A stretch of 64,000 nt of DNA from a candidate division FCPU426 bacterium (lineage in GTDB: Bacteria; Oederibacteriota; JAAXVQ01; JAUVAV01). Each line of letters opens with the position of its first letter. The stretch's first letter is position 1. The translations under genes and the position numbers were made by a program. Below are positions 29,876 through 39,771 of this stretch, in pieces. The notes under the pieces are model-generated. The model was given only the letters and a program-made list of their open reading frames with translations, was not told where the DNA came from and did not search any database. The DNA is taken from NCBI GenBank assembly GCA_040756875.1, contig JBFLYH010000001.1:1212878-1276877 (forward strand), read 5' to 3'.

Positions 29876-31038
29876 AAATTCCCCTCCCGCACGGAATGAA
29901 ACAACTCGAGGTAGCGCCGCCCGATGGCCTTCCAATCAAACTGGGCGGACGCCTCAAGGGCCCCGCGGCCCAGCCCGGCCCGCAGGCCCGGATCGTCCAT
30001 CAGCCGCTCCACAGCCTGCGCCAGCGACGCCGTGTCAAGATTAACCATTAGCATATTGCGTTCATTTTGAAAAGGGCCTTGCGCGCTCTCCAGGGCAGCC
30101 GGCGCGGTGGTGACGACCGGCAAGCCCTGGGCCATACAGGCCAGCAGGCTGCCGCGCTTTTGCGAAACCCCGTCCTGGAACGGCAGGACTGCGCAATCGG
30201 CACAGGCCAGGCGCTCCGCCGTTTGCACGGCCGGCGCATAACCCGGCCTCAGCGTGATCGCGGCCAGGCCGCTGGTCGCCAGCATCCTGGCCAGGCGGCG
30301 CTGGTAGGGATCCCGTTCCGAGAGTTCGGACAGCAGCAGGAGCTTAAGCTCCGGGCGTTTGGACCGCAAGGGAGCCAAAGCAGCCAGCAGGCAGTCCAGA
30401 CCCTTGGGCGGATTGGCGAAGCCGAAAAACGCCACGGCAAAATCTCCGGGCATCAGCCCCAGCACCCGGCGCCCGGCTTCGCGGTCAAAGCCGGCGCCCG
30501 CAGCCGGCAGGTTCGAACCGATGGGAATGTGGCACAGCCGGCCGCGGCCAGCCGGGTGCAACTTGGCCGCCACCGGCCGGTCGGCCGGGTCCACCAGCAC
30601 GACCCGCCGGGAATGGTGCAAAGCCGGCAGCGCCCGCCAGCGCGTCCAGGCCTTGAAATACCTCAACTCATGCAGGGTCGTGACCAGTGGCAGGCCGGGG
30701 AACCAGCGCCGGAGGCGCGAAGGCAAAACGTTTACGGCCAGGAAACGGCCGTACGCCGCAGTGGGCCACTGGAACAGGGCCAAGTCCGGCCCGAAGGCGG
30801 CCGCGGCCCGGCGCACGGTGTCCAGCATGCCCCAGGACCAGCGCCGGATGACCGGCTTCACTTCCACGCCGTCCGCATCCGCGGGATCGGCCGCGCTGCT
30901 GGTCACCACCTGCACGCGGCAGCCGGCCCGCGCCAGTTCCCGGCACAGGCGGGCCGTGTAATCCCCCACCCCGCAGCGCATGGGCGGCCAGGTGCCCGTG
31001 ATGACCAGCACCTTCAGGGAGGGCGGGTTACCTGGCAT
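29872..31038 (-). CDS. GT4-family glycosyltransferase
   Basis: PPMRCGVGDYT, TTLHE, FFGF...KG, RGSLLACMAQGLPVVTT. Confidence 0.85.
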   Translation of the reverse strand: MPGNPPSLKVLVITGTWPPMRCGVGDYTARLCRELARAGCRVQVVTSSAADPADADGVEVKPVIRRWSWGMLDTVRRAAAAFGPDLALFQWPTAAYGRFLAVNVLPSRLRRWFPGLPLVTTLHELRYFKAWTRWRALPALHHSRRVVLVDPADRPVAAKLHPAGRGRLCHIPIGSNLPAAGAGFDREAGRRVLGLMPGDFAVAFFGFANPPKGLDCLLAALAPLRSKRPELKLLLLSELSERDPYQRRLARMLATSGLAAITLRPGYAPAVQTAERLACADCAVLPFQDGVSQKRGSLLACMAQGLPVVTTAPAALESAQGPFQNERNMLMVNLDTASLAQAVERLMDDPGLRAGLGRGALEASAQFDWKAIGRRYLELFHSVREGNL

Positions 31039-32221
31039 GGGAACTCCGGCCGGCTTCGCTGCGGCTTTCCAGGACCTCGGCATAGATTGCGCGCACTTGG
31101 GAGGCGATCCGGTCCCAGGCATGCGCCGTGGCCCAGGCTTGCGCGGCCCGGCTCAGCTCTTGGCGCTGCTGGTCGCCGGCCAGCAGTCGTTGCAGATTGA
31201 CTGCCAGGTCGTCCGCATCCCCGGCCTTGAACATCGCCACGCTGGCGTGCTCGGCCGCGGTCTCGCGAAAATACTCCAAGTCCGAAGCCAGCACCGGCCG
31301 GCCTTGCGCCAGCACCACGGACAAGGCGTACGAGGAGGTTCCGCCGAGGTAAGGCAGCAGCACCAGGTCGCTGGCCGCAAGCAGGTCTGCCAGGTCCTGA
31401 GGCTCCAGGTACCCGGTCAGGCGGACAGAGCCGCCCGCGGTCTGGGCGGCGCGGGCCACGGATTGCGCATAGGGCTGGTCGGCCTCGGAGAACGGCCGGC
31501 CCGCGATCATGAGCGTGGCCCGGGGGTTGAGCCGGCGCCAGGCTTCCAGGGCCAGCAAATGGCCCTTGGAGGGAATGAGAAACCCGAAAATGGTCACGAT
31601 CGGCCCGGAGATAGACCAACGCTTGCGGGCTGCTTCCGCGTTGCCGGCCAGAGACCGGCTCGGCGCGCCCTGCGGCACCAGGCGCACCTGCGTAGCGTCC
31701 AACCCGAGGTCCAGCAGCGCCTGCGCGTGGCCGCGGGTATGGACCAGCACGCGGCGGGCCGTACGGAACTGGCCGCCCTGCACAAAGCGGCTCCAGCCCG
31801 CAGCTTGATACGCCGCCTCCCGGGTCCCGCGCAGCAAGCGCTTCCACCACGGCCCGCCAGAAAAGGGCCGCAGCCGGGTGTGCGCCGTCACCACATAGGG
31901 CACGCGCAGGGACCTGGCCAGGAGCGGCCAGTAATTGTTCCAGGGATCGCGGCCGCCGAAATACACATATTCATGCTGCACGTGCGCCACGTCGCAATCC
32001 GAGCAAGCGGCTGCCAAACCGCGGTAATAGCCCGGCCGGAACACCCCGTGCTTGAGGGGAACCACCTTCACGTCCACCGCAGGCGCGAGGGCCTCCGCCA
32101 GGGCGCGCGAAAAATCAGCGATGCCGCAGGGTTCGTCCCAGGAAGTAAGCATGGCCACGCGCAGGGGCCGGGAGGTTGAAGCGGCGCCGGCGTCGCGGGA
32201 TGACGAGTGCGGGAGAGGCAT
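31028..32221 (-). CDS. GT4-family glycosyltransferase
   Basis: CGIADFS, HVQHEY, FGFL...KG, LLPY..SSYAL..GRPVLASD. Confidence 0.85.
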   Translation of the reverse strand: MPLPHSSSRDAGAASTSRPLRVAMLTSWDEPCGIADFSRALAEALAPAVDVKVVPLKHGVFRPGYYRGLAAACSDCDVAHVQHEYVYFGGRDPWNNYWPLLARSLRVPYVVTAHTRLRPFSGGPWWKRLLRGTREAAYQAAGWSRFVQGGQFRTARRVLVHTRGHAQALLDLGLDATQVRLVPQGAPSRSLAGNAEAARKRWSISGPIVTIFGFLIPSKGHLLALEAWRRLNPRATLMIAGRPFSEADQPYAQSVARAAQTAGGSVRLTGYLEPQDLADLLAASDLVLLPYLGGTSSYALSVVLAQGRPVLASDLEYFRETAAEHASVAMFKAGDADDLAVNLQRLLAGDQQRQELSRAAQAWATAHAWDRIASQVRAIYAEVLESRSEAGRSSHAR

Positions 32222-32309
32222 GCAAAGGTCCTGATTCAGGAAGTAGGAACTATGGGATTATTGTACGGCTTTTTCGCATTTTTGTCAGCAGGGGCTTTGA
32301 AATGCGCCG

Positions 32310-32462
32310 TTAGCGCCGAAGCAGAATAATCCCGGCTGTCCCGCAGCCCGTGATCACCGCCAGATCGATCACAAGCCATAAATGAGGATTGTTGATCAGC
32401 AGCCCGGCCACGACCAGGCCCGCCAGCGCCAGCAGCAAAATTCCCAAAAAACGGTTGTTCAT
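32310..32462 (-). CDS. Small two-TM membrane protein
   Basis: MNNRFLGILLLALAGLVVAG...; 50 aa, hydrophobic, directly downstream of the ferredoxin. Confidence 0.5.
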   Translation of the reverse strand: MNNRFLGILLLALAGLVVAGLLINNPHLWLVIDLAVITGCGTAGIILLRR

Positions 32463-32479
32463 CGCGGCCCCCTGCTTCC

Positions 32480-32680
32480 TTATTTGTTGATGTGGATAGC
32501 TGCGGTCGGGCACACGCGCTCGCACCCGGCCAGGCGGTCGCACAGCTGGTCGTCGGTCACCCGGCATTTTCCCGTTTCCGGATCCAGATACAGGATCTTT
32601 TTCGGGCACAAGTCCACGCATTTCCCGCAGCCCGTGCAGGCATCCTCATCGATTTGCACTACCACTGTCTGTTGAGTCAT
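32480..32680 (-). CDS. Bacterial-type dicluster ferredoxin
   Basis: CTGCGKCVDLCP and CDRLAGCERVCP. Confidence 0.88.
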   Translation of the reverse strand: MTQQTVVVQIDEDACTGCGKCVDLCPKKILYLDPETGKCRVTDDQLCDRLAGCERVCPTAAIHINK

Positions 32681-32872
32681 TGCCGGTCATCCCCTTCTCC
32701 ATATCAACGGCCATCTCAACCCCGGACGGCGAATCATTTTGGTTGAACCCGCCCTGCCTGTCAACCGGCAAATCCTGTCATTCATGGTTTTATTTTCATA
32801 GAAACAAGTGTAAGATTCCGTCCATCCGAGCATCTAAATGATACCACCCACATCGTCGGGAAAGAGGAGAAC

Positions 32873-34693
32873 ATGAAACGCATACTACTCGTCGGCTTAA
32901 GCCTGAGTCTGCTGGTTCCCTCCGCGGCCCTGGCCTCGGTCCTGTTGCTGCAGGACGGCGTGTGCCTCGATCAAGCCGAGATTATCAGCAATGTGGACTG
33001 GGTCATTACCTTCAGCCGCGAAGGCCAAACCTACCGGATCAACGCCGACCGCATCGTGGAAGTCGCTGACGCCGTGCCTGAAAACTACCGGGTGCTGGCC
33101 CCTGCCGAATTCCCGGACTACGTCACTCCTGCCGGCGAGGCGGCTCCGTTGCCCGAACCCGCGGAATCCGGGTCAGCCGCGTCCGAGCCCCAAACCCCGG
33201 AACTTGCGGCTGACGAGGAAGCTGAAGAAGAACCGCTCTCCCCCACCCCGGAAGCAGGGGACGCCTTCAGAATCCAGGACGTGGGCTGGGTGGATGACAC
33301 GGACTTCCTGTTCAACCTGATGTTCAATGGTTATTACCAGGCCTCTCAGGGGGTAAGCGCGTCTATTCAACCTTACGGGAGCAGTAGCTCTCTTGAAGCC
33401 AGCTTAGTCGAACTGGACGCAGGTTTTGCGGGCCGGGGTTACACCCAGCCGCTCGAATGGGAATTCAACGTGCCCCTGGGCGTTGTCATGGACCCCCGAT
33501 CCATGATTATCTACAAGGATGCAGGACCTTTCATCGCCGGAAACGCAGAGGCTGGCGGAGAGGTGTATTACTACCCGGGCAAACCCTTTATCAGCGTGAT
33601 GGCGGATTATGCCGGGTACTTCCGGGAAGCCTATATCCGCAACCGGATCCAGGCCACGGTCCGCGTTGGCGAAGGCAGGCTGTTCAGGGGCCGGCACGCC
33701 TATCAGGCCCTGCAGATCATCGCGGACCTGGAGTCCGAAGGCAAGCTTCTCAAACCGCTCTCCAGCCAGGACGCGCAGGAGCTCAGCGCCATCATCGCGC
33801 ACGCCCGCAATAAATACCTCTTCGACCAGCGCGCCGAAACCCTGGACGCCGTGGAACAAATCGCGGAATTTCTGAAAAAACGGGGATATATCAGTGATGT
33901 GCGCAGCGTTTTGATCGCAGACGATACGTACCGCTATGTTTCGGACCTTGACCGGGACTTTGGCGCGCGGGGGTACTTCCAGTATCAACGGCTGTACGAC
34001 GACGGCACCCCGCAACTGGGCGAAGGCGGGCAGGAAGAACAAAGCCACCGGGTGGGCGCTGGGTGCGACATGGCTTTTCCCCTCAGCCGGATCTGGCAGT
34101 TGAACGCTTCGCTCGGCCTGGATGCCACGGTGGATTACCTGTCGCGGAAAATAACCCGCGAGACTTACCAATATTATTACTACTCCTACTATTATTATTA
34201 CCCGTACACTTATTCCTACGACAAGTTATCCGAAACCCGCGCCCAAGGGGTCCTTTTCGAGCCTCGCGCCCAGGTTGAGCTCTTCTTCCTCCCGACCACC
34301 CGGGTGCTGTTAAGCCTGTCCAATCAGTTCACCATGACCTATGGAAAATACCATGCCCGGATCGAGCAATGGAAAAATGTCCCTGTCTATTATTATTACA
34401 ACCCCTATTACTCCTATTATTATTATGCCTGGCGGAAATTCAGGGATGACTATGAGTATTATGGCCTGCAATGGCAGGACCAGGTCAGGTTTGCTTTTTC
34501 CTACCAACTCAGCCAGCGGCTGGATTTGGAAATCGCCCTTGATTTCGATTATACCTTCGACCGGGCCGAGGAGGCGTCTGGAATGAGCGTGGACATGAGC
34601 TCAGGCGCCCAAACCCCGTTTACCTCCGCGCCCCAGACGAACTACACCTATTCGGGAAAGGCCACCATCGGGGTCAATTACCGGTTTTTCTGA
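32873..34693 (+). CDS. Secreted or outer-membrane protein with Tyr-run segments (possible beta-barrel)
   Basis: GAGGAG RBS, signal peptide, alternating strand-like pattern, C-terminal IGVNYRFF; two poly-Tyr tracts. Confidence 0.65.
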   Translation: MKRILLVGLSLSLLVPSAALASVLLLQDGVCLDQAEIISNVDWVITFSREGQTYRINADRIVEVADAVPENYRVLAPAEFPDYVTPAGEAAPLPEPAESGSAASEPQTPELAADEEAEEEPLSPTPEAGDAFRIQDVGWVDDTDFLFNLMFNGYYQASQGVSASIQPYGSSSSLEASLVELDAGFAGRGYTQPLEWEFNVPLGVVMDPRSMIIYKDAGPFIAGNAEAGGEVYYYPGKPFISVMADYAGYFREAYIRNRIQATVRVGEGRLFRGRHAYQALQIIADLESEGKLLKPLSSQDAQELSAIIAHARNKYLFDQRAETLDAVEQIAEFLKKRGYISDVRSVLIADDTYRYVSDLDRDFGARGYFQYQRLYDDGTPQLGEGGQEEQSHRVGAGCDMAFPLSRIWQLNASLGLDATVDYLSRKITRETYQYYYYSYYYYYPYTYSYDKLSETRAQGVLFEPRAQVELFFLPTTRVLLSLSNQFTMTYGKYHARIEQWKNVPVYYYYNPYYSYYYYAWRKFRDDYEYYGLQWQDQVRFAFSYQLSQRLDLEIALDFDYTFDRAEEASGMSVDMSSGAQTPFTSAPQTNYTYSGKATIGVNYRFF

Positions 34694-34804
34694 TCAGCTG
34701 CTATTCCAGTGCGTCCCGAGAACCGGCGGGCCGGGCCAGTTGCCGCAAACCGCGCGGAAAATATTTTCCGCGGTCTGGCCACCGCCCCCCCCGATAACGA
34801 TTCC

Positions 34805-35158
34805 CTACCGGTAGAACTCAGCCCCTGCTTCACGGGAGAGCTTCTCGACCCAGATGCCCTTGAGCGTCTTCAGGTCCTCGCCGTAGTCCTGCGGTTCTTC
34901 GGTCTGTTTGTAGGCCAGGTGATCCACGACTTCGAAGCTGAACGCCCCGGGGCCCGCCTCGCGCCAGGCCGCCTGCAGTTCCTCGCAGGGGTGCCGGCCG
35001 CATTCCAGCCTGAACCGAGCGCCGTTCATGGTGCCCTTGAGGTCAGCCGTAGCCTCGATGAAGCGTTTCCCGTCCCTCAGGTTCCGGATCACGAACACGC
35101 CCATGTCCGGCCGGTACTGTTTGAATTGTTCTTTCAGTTCTTTGTGTTTTTTGCTCAC
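34805..35158 (-). CDS. Small GIY-YIG-family protein
   Basis: MGVFVIRN..DGKRFI, H....LQ.AW...G...FSFEVV; GTG start at 35158. Confidence 0.75.
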   Translation of the reverse strand: MSKKHKELKEQFKQYRPDMGVFVIRNLRDGKRFIEATADLKGTMNGARFRLECGRHPCEELQAAWREAGPGAFSFEVVDHLAYKQTEEPQDYGEDLKTLKGIWVEKLSREAGAEFYR

Positions 35159-35165
35159 GTTGCTT

Positions 35166-36128
35166 TCACCACGACCGGCTGGATCCGCCGCCGCCCGATG
35201 AACCTCCGCTGAAACTGGACCCGCCGCCGAAACTGCCCGAGCTCGACCCGCTGCTGAAGCTGCCGAACCCCGACCCGCCGCCGTAATACGTGCGGCCGTT
35301 GACCTGGACATGGCCGCTGGCCAGCGCGGCTTTCAGGAACTTTTTCCCCCGGCTGATGCCCACGATGAACATCAGTACCGCCCAGGCCGGAAGGATGTAA
35401 ACCGGGAAATTCATGACCAGCCCGAAAATGATGCTCATGACCAGGGGAATGCCGCCAAAGCCCGAGCCCCAGAGCACGAAAAACGGTTCGCCGCCCTTGC
35501 CCAGGCCCGAGCCCAGGGCCAGAAAACCGATGGTGATGAAAAGGGCGAAGAACAGCACGATGCCCACTTTCATCTGCCAGGACGGTTCGTCGGACGAAAC
35601 CGTATCCTGGGGATGGAAGGTGCTCTCGGGCGGCAGGGAGTCCTGGTTCATCAGCAGGGTCATGATTTGCGCGCAGCCGTTGAGCGCGCCCTGGCCGTAA
35701 TCCCCGGCTTTAAACGCCGGCAGCACCTGTTCGTCGAGAATCCGCCCGCAACGACCGTCCGTCAGCACGGGTTCGAGCCCGTAGCCGACCTCGATGCGGA
35801 CCTTGCGCTCATTGGGCGCGATCAGCAGCAGTGCGCCGTTGTCTTTGCCTTTTTCACCGATGCCCCACTGGTTGAACAACTGGTTGGCGTAGGTATCCAC
35901 GGCCAGGCCGTCGAGGGAGGCGACTGTCACCACCGCCAGCTCAGCGCCGGTGGCGGTTTTCACGTAATCGAGCAGGCCCGCGATTTGCGCTTCCTTGTCC
36001 GCGGGAATGACGTCGGCAAAATCGCTCACCCGGCCCATGGGCCTGGCCGGCATTTCGGCCCAACCCCAAACCGCCGGCGCCAGCCACAGCAGGGCCGCGG
36101 CCGCGGCGGCACGCATCCAGGTTCTCAT
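35166..36128 (-). CDS. TPM-domain (YgcG-like) membrane protein
   Basis: VSDFADVI, WGIGEKGKDNGALLLIA, RIEVGYGLE, Gly/Ser tail ending GGGGSSRSW. Confidence 0.92.
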   Translation of the reverse strand: MRTWMRAAAAAALLWLAPAVWGWAEMPARPMGRVSDFADVIPADKEAQIAGLLDYVKTATGAELAVVTVASLDGLAVDTYANQLFNQWGIGEKGKDNGALLLIAPNERKVRIEVGYGLEPVLTDGRCGRILDEQVLPAFKAGDYGQGALNGCAQIMTLLMNQDSLPPESTFHPQDTVSSDEPSWQMKVGIVLFFALFITIGFLALGSGLGKGGEPFFVLWGSGFGGIPLVMSIIFGLVMNFPVYILPAWAVLMFIVGISRGKKFLKAALASGHVQVNGRTYYGGGSGFGSFSSGSSSGSFGGGSSFSGGSSGGGGSSRSW

Positions 36129-36135
36129 AAGCGCC

Positions 36136-36795
36136 TCAGGCTGCATCGATGATGCGCACCGCGCCGGAGAGCGCCTCATGCAGGGCCAGAAACATACGCT
36201 TCAGTTCCGGCTTGCCCGGGCGGACATTGGACTCCCGCAGGCGGGTGAGCTCCTGCCAGGCTTGCGGCGGAAGGGCCTTCAGCTTCGGAAAAACCGCCTG
36301 CCCCTGCCGGATCAGGTAGGCCAGGGACTTTCCGGCCTGGCGCAAATACAGTTCCAGGGCTTGCCGGTCGTTCCGGAATCTCAGCCAGTTCGAGCGCAGG
36401 GCCAGGAGCTTGGAGCGGAGTTCGAACTCCAGCTGGAAGCGCAGGTTCTTTTTGTCCGCGCGTCGGCCCCGGAAGGGGTCCTTGCCCAGCAGGCACTGGT
36501 GGCTGGCTTGGATATCCGCGAATTCAAGGGCAAACACGTCCCAGGCGCGCTTCAGTTCGGCCTCGGCCCAAAACACCAGGCTGGCCCTGAGCCCGCGCAG
36601 GTGCTTGCGGGTGGCTTCGTCTATTTCAGCCATCTGTTCGAGGTCCGCCTGCTTAAGCACCACCAGCAGGTTCAAGTCCGAATATTTATCCAGGCTTTCC
36701 TTGCGCGCGGCGCTGCCGTATAAAATCACGGCTGACAAAGCGTTGCCTGCCTGCGTTTGGATCGCCTGTGTCCAGGCTGTCAGAGCTGCTTGCAT
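36136..36795 (-). CDS. Nucleotidyltransferase-domain protein
   Basis: VILYGSAAR...SDLNLLVV (GS..D.N), DVFALEF.DI, LRFQLEFELR; start at ATG 36795. Confidence 0.8.
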   Translation of the reverse strand: MQAALTAWTQAIQTQAGNALSAVILYGSAARKESLDKYSDLNLLVVLKQADLEQMAEIDEATRKHLRGLRASLVFWAEAELKRAWDVFALEFADIQASHQCLLGKDPFRGRRADKKNLRFQLEFELRSKLLALRSNWLRFRNDRQALELYLRQAGKSLAYLIRQGQAVFPKLKALPPQAWQELTRLRESNVRPGKPELKRMFLALHEALSGAVRIIDAA

Positions 36796-36806
36796 ACGCC
36801 CTCCTG

Positions 36807-38426
36807 TCAATGGGTTACGGCAATCCTGATTGTTTTCAATTCCATGCCCGGCGCCTGCACCCGGGCCAAATACACGCCTGAAGCTGCGGACCGGCAATTC
36901 CACACCAGCACACCCCGGCCTGCAGGTAGATCTTCCTTAACCTGGGCGATCAGCTCCGCGTTCAGATTGTAGATTGAAACCGTCGCCTCTCCAGCCTCGG
37001 CCATTTCCACCGTAAAGGAGACCTGTTCCTTGGCCGGAATCGGGTAAGCCTCGACCCGGAGTGACGGAACCGGCGCCAGCGTGGGCGTCGGGGAGATACT
37101 AGCGGTTGGGCTGATCGTCGAAGTCGCCGTGATCGTGGGCGTGGCGGAAAAAGTCGGCGTGCGCGAAGCGGTCAGGGTGATGGTCCGCGTGGCTGACGCG
37201 GTTAGTGACGCGGTGGCCGTAGGCGTGGCTGTGGCGGTCTGGCTCGCGGTCTGGCTCGCGGTCCGGGTGGGTGTGAAAGTGGCGGTCCGGCTCGCAGTGG
37301 GGCTGGCCGTCGCCGTGTGCGTGAAGGTTGTTGTGGCCGTGGGCGTGGCGGTCGGCGGAATCCATTCATATTCATAGACTGTCCCGTCGCCGGAGCCTGC
37401 GTACAGATATGGGGTGCTGGTGTCACGGCCTGTTCCCAAGGCCAAGGAATAGATGTCATTGGCCGAGGGTGAGCCGCAGTTCACTGGCGTGCCCCAACAC
37501 ACTCCATTCCAGGTCATTTCGTAAACCGCGTTGTTGGCCGTGGCCGCGTACAGACGCACTGTGCCGTCATTGCGCCCGTCGCCGAGCGCAAGTGCAAAAA
37601 CCGCACCGATGGAGGACGCGGTGATGGAAGAAGAGACCCAGCTGCCGCTATAGCCAGATTCCCAAATTTGGCCGTTATTGTTGCCGCAATAGACGTAGCG
37701 GGTGGCACTGCCGTTGCGGCCGGCTTCGATTACGATGTCATTGATTTGAGCGCCGGTATTGACGATTTGCGTACGAACATAGGGTGCGCCATTGTAGCGG
37801 AACTCATACAACCTGCCGTCCGCCCCGCCTCCGTAAACATAGTAATTACTGTCCGTGCTGCGCCCCAGGCCCACGGCCACTGCATGGGCACCCAAAGTAC
37901 CCGTGGAACCGACCGTGGTGGGAGCATTCCAAGCCGAACCATTGTAATAATACTCATAAAGGTTGTTGTCTTCACAGGCTACATAACCATAGATAGTGGA
38001 GGTGTTCCTTCCCGGGCCGATATCGGTTTTCTGGCACACGTCGGATCTGGTCAGATTGGTCTCCACGAACGACGCGCCATTGTACCTGAACGAGCAAGCA
38101 CTGTTGTTTTCATTGCCCGTAAACAGGATTTGGCCCGCCCAATTGGTCGGTTGTCCCACGGTCACGCCCAAATAGGCCCATTCTGTTCCCAGTGTATGGC
38201 CGAATTGAACCCGGGTCCAGCCTGACCCGTTCCATGTGTATTCATACATATAAGTGTTGTTGTTGGCGGCGTACAGCCGGGTAATCCCGTCATTACGTCC
38301 GCTGCCCAGCGTGAGATCCATGGCACTGTCGGATTCACTCCAGACCGTGTTTATCTGCCAGGTCGCGAAAGCTGGTGCAGCGGACAATACCAGCAATACC
38401 AGCAGGCTCCCCCATGCGGTTTTCAT
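36807..38426 (-). CDS. Secreted repeat (propeller-like) protein with Thr/Pro linker and T9SS-like CTD
   Basis: About 7 repeats of G.GRN....Y.Y......YE..(W/Y)NG; T/A/P linker; AYPIPA...YNLNAELIA...SGVYLARV. Confidence 0.72.
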   Translation of the reverse strand: MKTAWGSLLVLLVLSAAPAFATWQINTVWSESDSAMDLTLGSGRNDGITRLYAANNNTYMYEYTWNGSGWTRVQFGHTLGTEWAYLGVTVGQPTNWAGQILFTGNENNSACSFRYNGASFVETNLTRSDVCQKTDIGPGRNTSTIYGYVACEDNNLYEYYYNGSAWNAPTTVGSTGTLGAHAVAVGLGRSTDSNYYVYGGGADGRLYEFRYNGAPYVRTQIVNTGAQINDIVIEAGRNGSATRYVYCGNNNGQIWESGYSGSWVSSSITASSIGAVFALALGDGRNDGTVRLYAATANNAVYEMTWNGVCWGTPVNCGSPSANDIYSLALGTGRDTSTPYLYAGSGDGTVYEYEWIPPTATPTATTTFTHTATASPTASRTATFTPTRTASQTASQTATATPTATASLTASATRTITLTASRTPTFSATPTITATSTISPTASISPTPTLAPVPSLRVEAYPIPAKEQVSFTVEMAEAGEATVSIYNLNAELIAQVKEDLPAGRGVLVWNCRSAASGVYLARVQAPGMELKTIRIAVTH

Positions 38427-38453
38427 GGTTCCCCTCCCATGCGATCTGAGACG

Positions 38454-39029
38454 TTATTTTTCAGACTCTGTTTCCGTTTTCGGCAAAACCGGCGCCGCGA
38501 CGATAATTTTCTTCGCTTTCATGGCGTAATACTCGTAGGGCGCGCCGATGGTCAAGCCCCTGGCCTGGGCTGCTTGCATGAGGGCCGGGTAGGTTTTCAT
38601 GGGCGCGATCATGTAGGACATCGGCAGGCGGATGGGAAACTCGGCCACCAGGCAGGCGGATTTTTCGATGGTCTTGAAGCGGTACTTAGTGCCCAAGGCT
38701 TGGGCCTTGACCATCTGCTCGGGCGTCAATACGCAGGCGCAGTCGCTGCGAAGCTGCGCGGCAGGCACCTGCCGGGGGTCGTCGTAATAGAGCCCGATGC
38801 CGTCCTCGGTTTCGATGCCATCGGCCTTCAGGTTTTCGTACAGCCGGCTGAACACCCCGCCGGTTTGGGCATAGGGTCCGACAAACGACTCAAAGACCAC
38901 GGTGTAAGGGCCCATTTCCCGCTCATTCACCGGCACCGGGCTAAAAAGGCCCAGATAACCCAGAAATCCGGCCAGGCCGAGCAAAAGCACCGCCACTGCC
39001 GCGCCGATGATCGCAATGATTTTTTTCAT
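38454..39029 (-). CDS. Membrane-anchored GyrI-like small-molecule-binding protein
   Basis: N-terminal TM helix, GPY, GLYYDDP...LRS, YEYY. Confidence 0.7.
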   Translation of the reverse strand: MKKIIAIIGAAVAVLLLGLAGFLGYLGLFSPVPVNEREMGPYTVVFESFVGPYAQTGGVFSRLYENLKADGIETEDGIGLYYDDPRQVPAAQLRSDCACVLTPEQMVKAQALGTKYRFKTIEKSACLVAEFPIRLPMSYMIAPMKTYPALMQAAQARGLTIGAPYEYYAMKAKKIIVAAPVLPKTETESEK

Positions 39030-39065
39030 GACTTGCCTCCCCGGATCAGATTCGATACGCGCGCT

Positions 39066-39614
39066 TTAATCCCACGTGATTTGAAACCGCCACGCTTGCG
39101 GGTTGCGGTCAGTGATCACGACTTGGGGATTGGGCGAGCCGGTCAGTTCCAGCATGCCGGCAATATAGCCGCCGAGAAAATCAAGCTGGTATTCGGGAAA
39201 TTCGGGAAAATCACGGATGACGAAATCCGCCTGCCCATTGCGGATGTTCTCCACCCCGGCTGTCCCGGTATCAAAGTTGGTCCGCCACAGCACGGCAATG
39301 CGCTTGATGATGTAGGCTTTGGTGGGAATGCGCAGAAAGACTTTGTAGATCCCGCTCATGGCTTCGCGCGCGGCCAGGCGGCCGAATTTCGCGATCCGCT
39401 CCGGGTCTCCGGGAAACAGCATGTCCGCGCCGACCGGGATATCGCCCGGATCGTCCTTGAAATCGATCCAGCTGACTGCCAGCGCGTGTTGAAAGAGTTC
39501 CCTGCCCTGGGGCGACAGCCTTTCGAGAAACCGCCTTTCGAATTCAGGCCCCCGGGCTTTGACGAGTGCGCGGATCACTTCGATGCCGCTGCCCTTGTAT
39601 TTGGCCATCCGCAA
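39066..39614 (-). CDS. Hypothetical protein (DUF2378/TIGR02265-like)
   Basis: KG at the N-terminus, SW, FGR.AA, W...FDTG, GYI.GML...G, terminal ITW; family call by resemblance only. Confidence 0.5.
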   Translation of the reverse strand: MRMAKYKGSGIEVIRALVKARGPEFERRFLERLSPQGRELFQHALAVSWIDFKDDPGDIPVGADMLFPGDPERIAKFGRLAAREAMSGIYKVFLRIPTKAYIIKRIAVLWRTNFDTGTAGVENIRNGQADFVIRDFPEFPEYQLDFLGGYIAGMLELTGSPNPQVVITDRNPQAWRFQITWD

Positions 39615-39771
39615 CTCTCCTAGCGACTAGGCTGGATTCCCGGACAAGCCCGTATTATCGCACCGAGGGTTCCCTGGAATCAATTGCGGATTTGCCCGGG
39701 GTGCGATCCCCGGCGCCACGGTAACGGCGCTGTGATATACTGGTGTTATTCCTCGGGCATGGAAGGATGAC

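Noticed and set aside
34160-34460. DGR variable region
   Set aside because: No matching template repeat or avd gene in the window, and the RT present is not evidently DGR-type.
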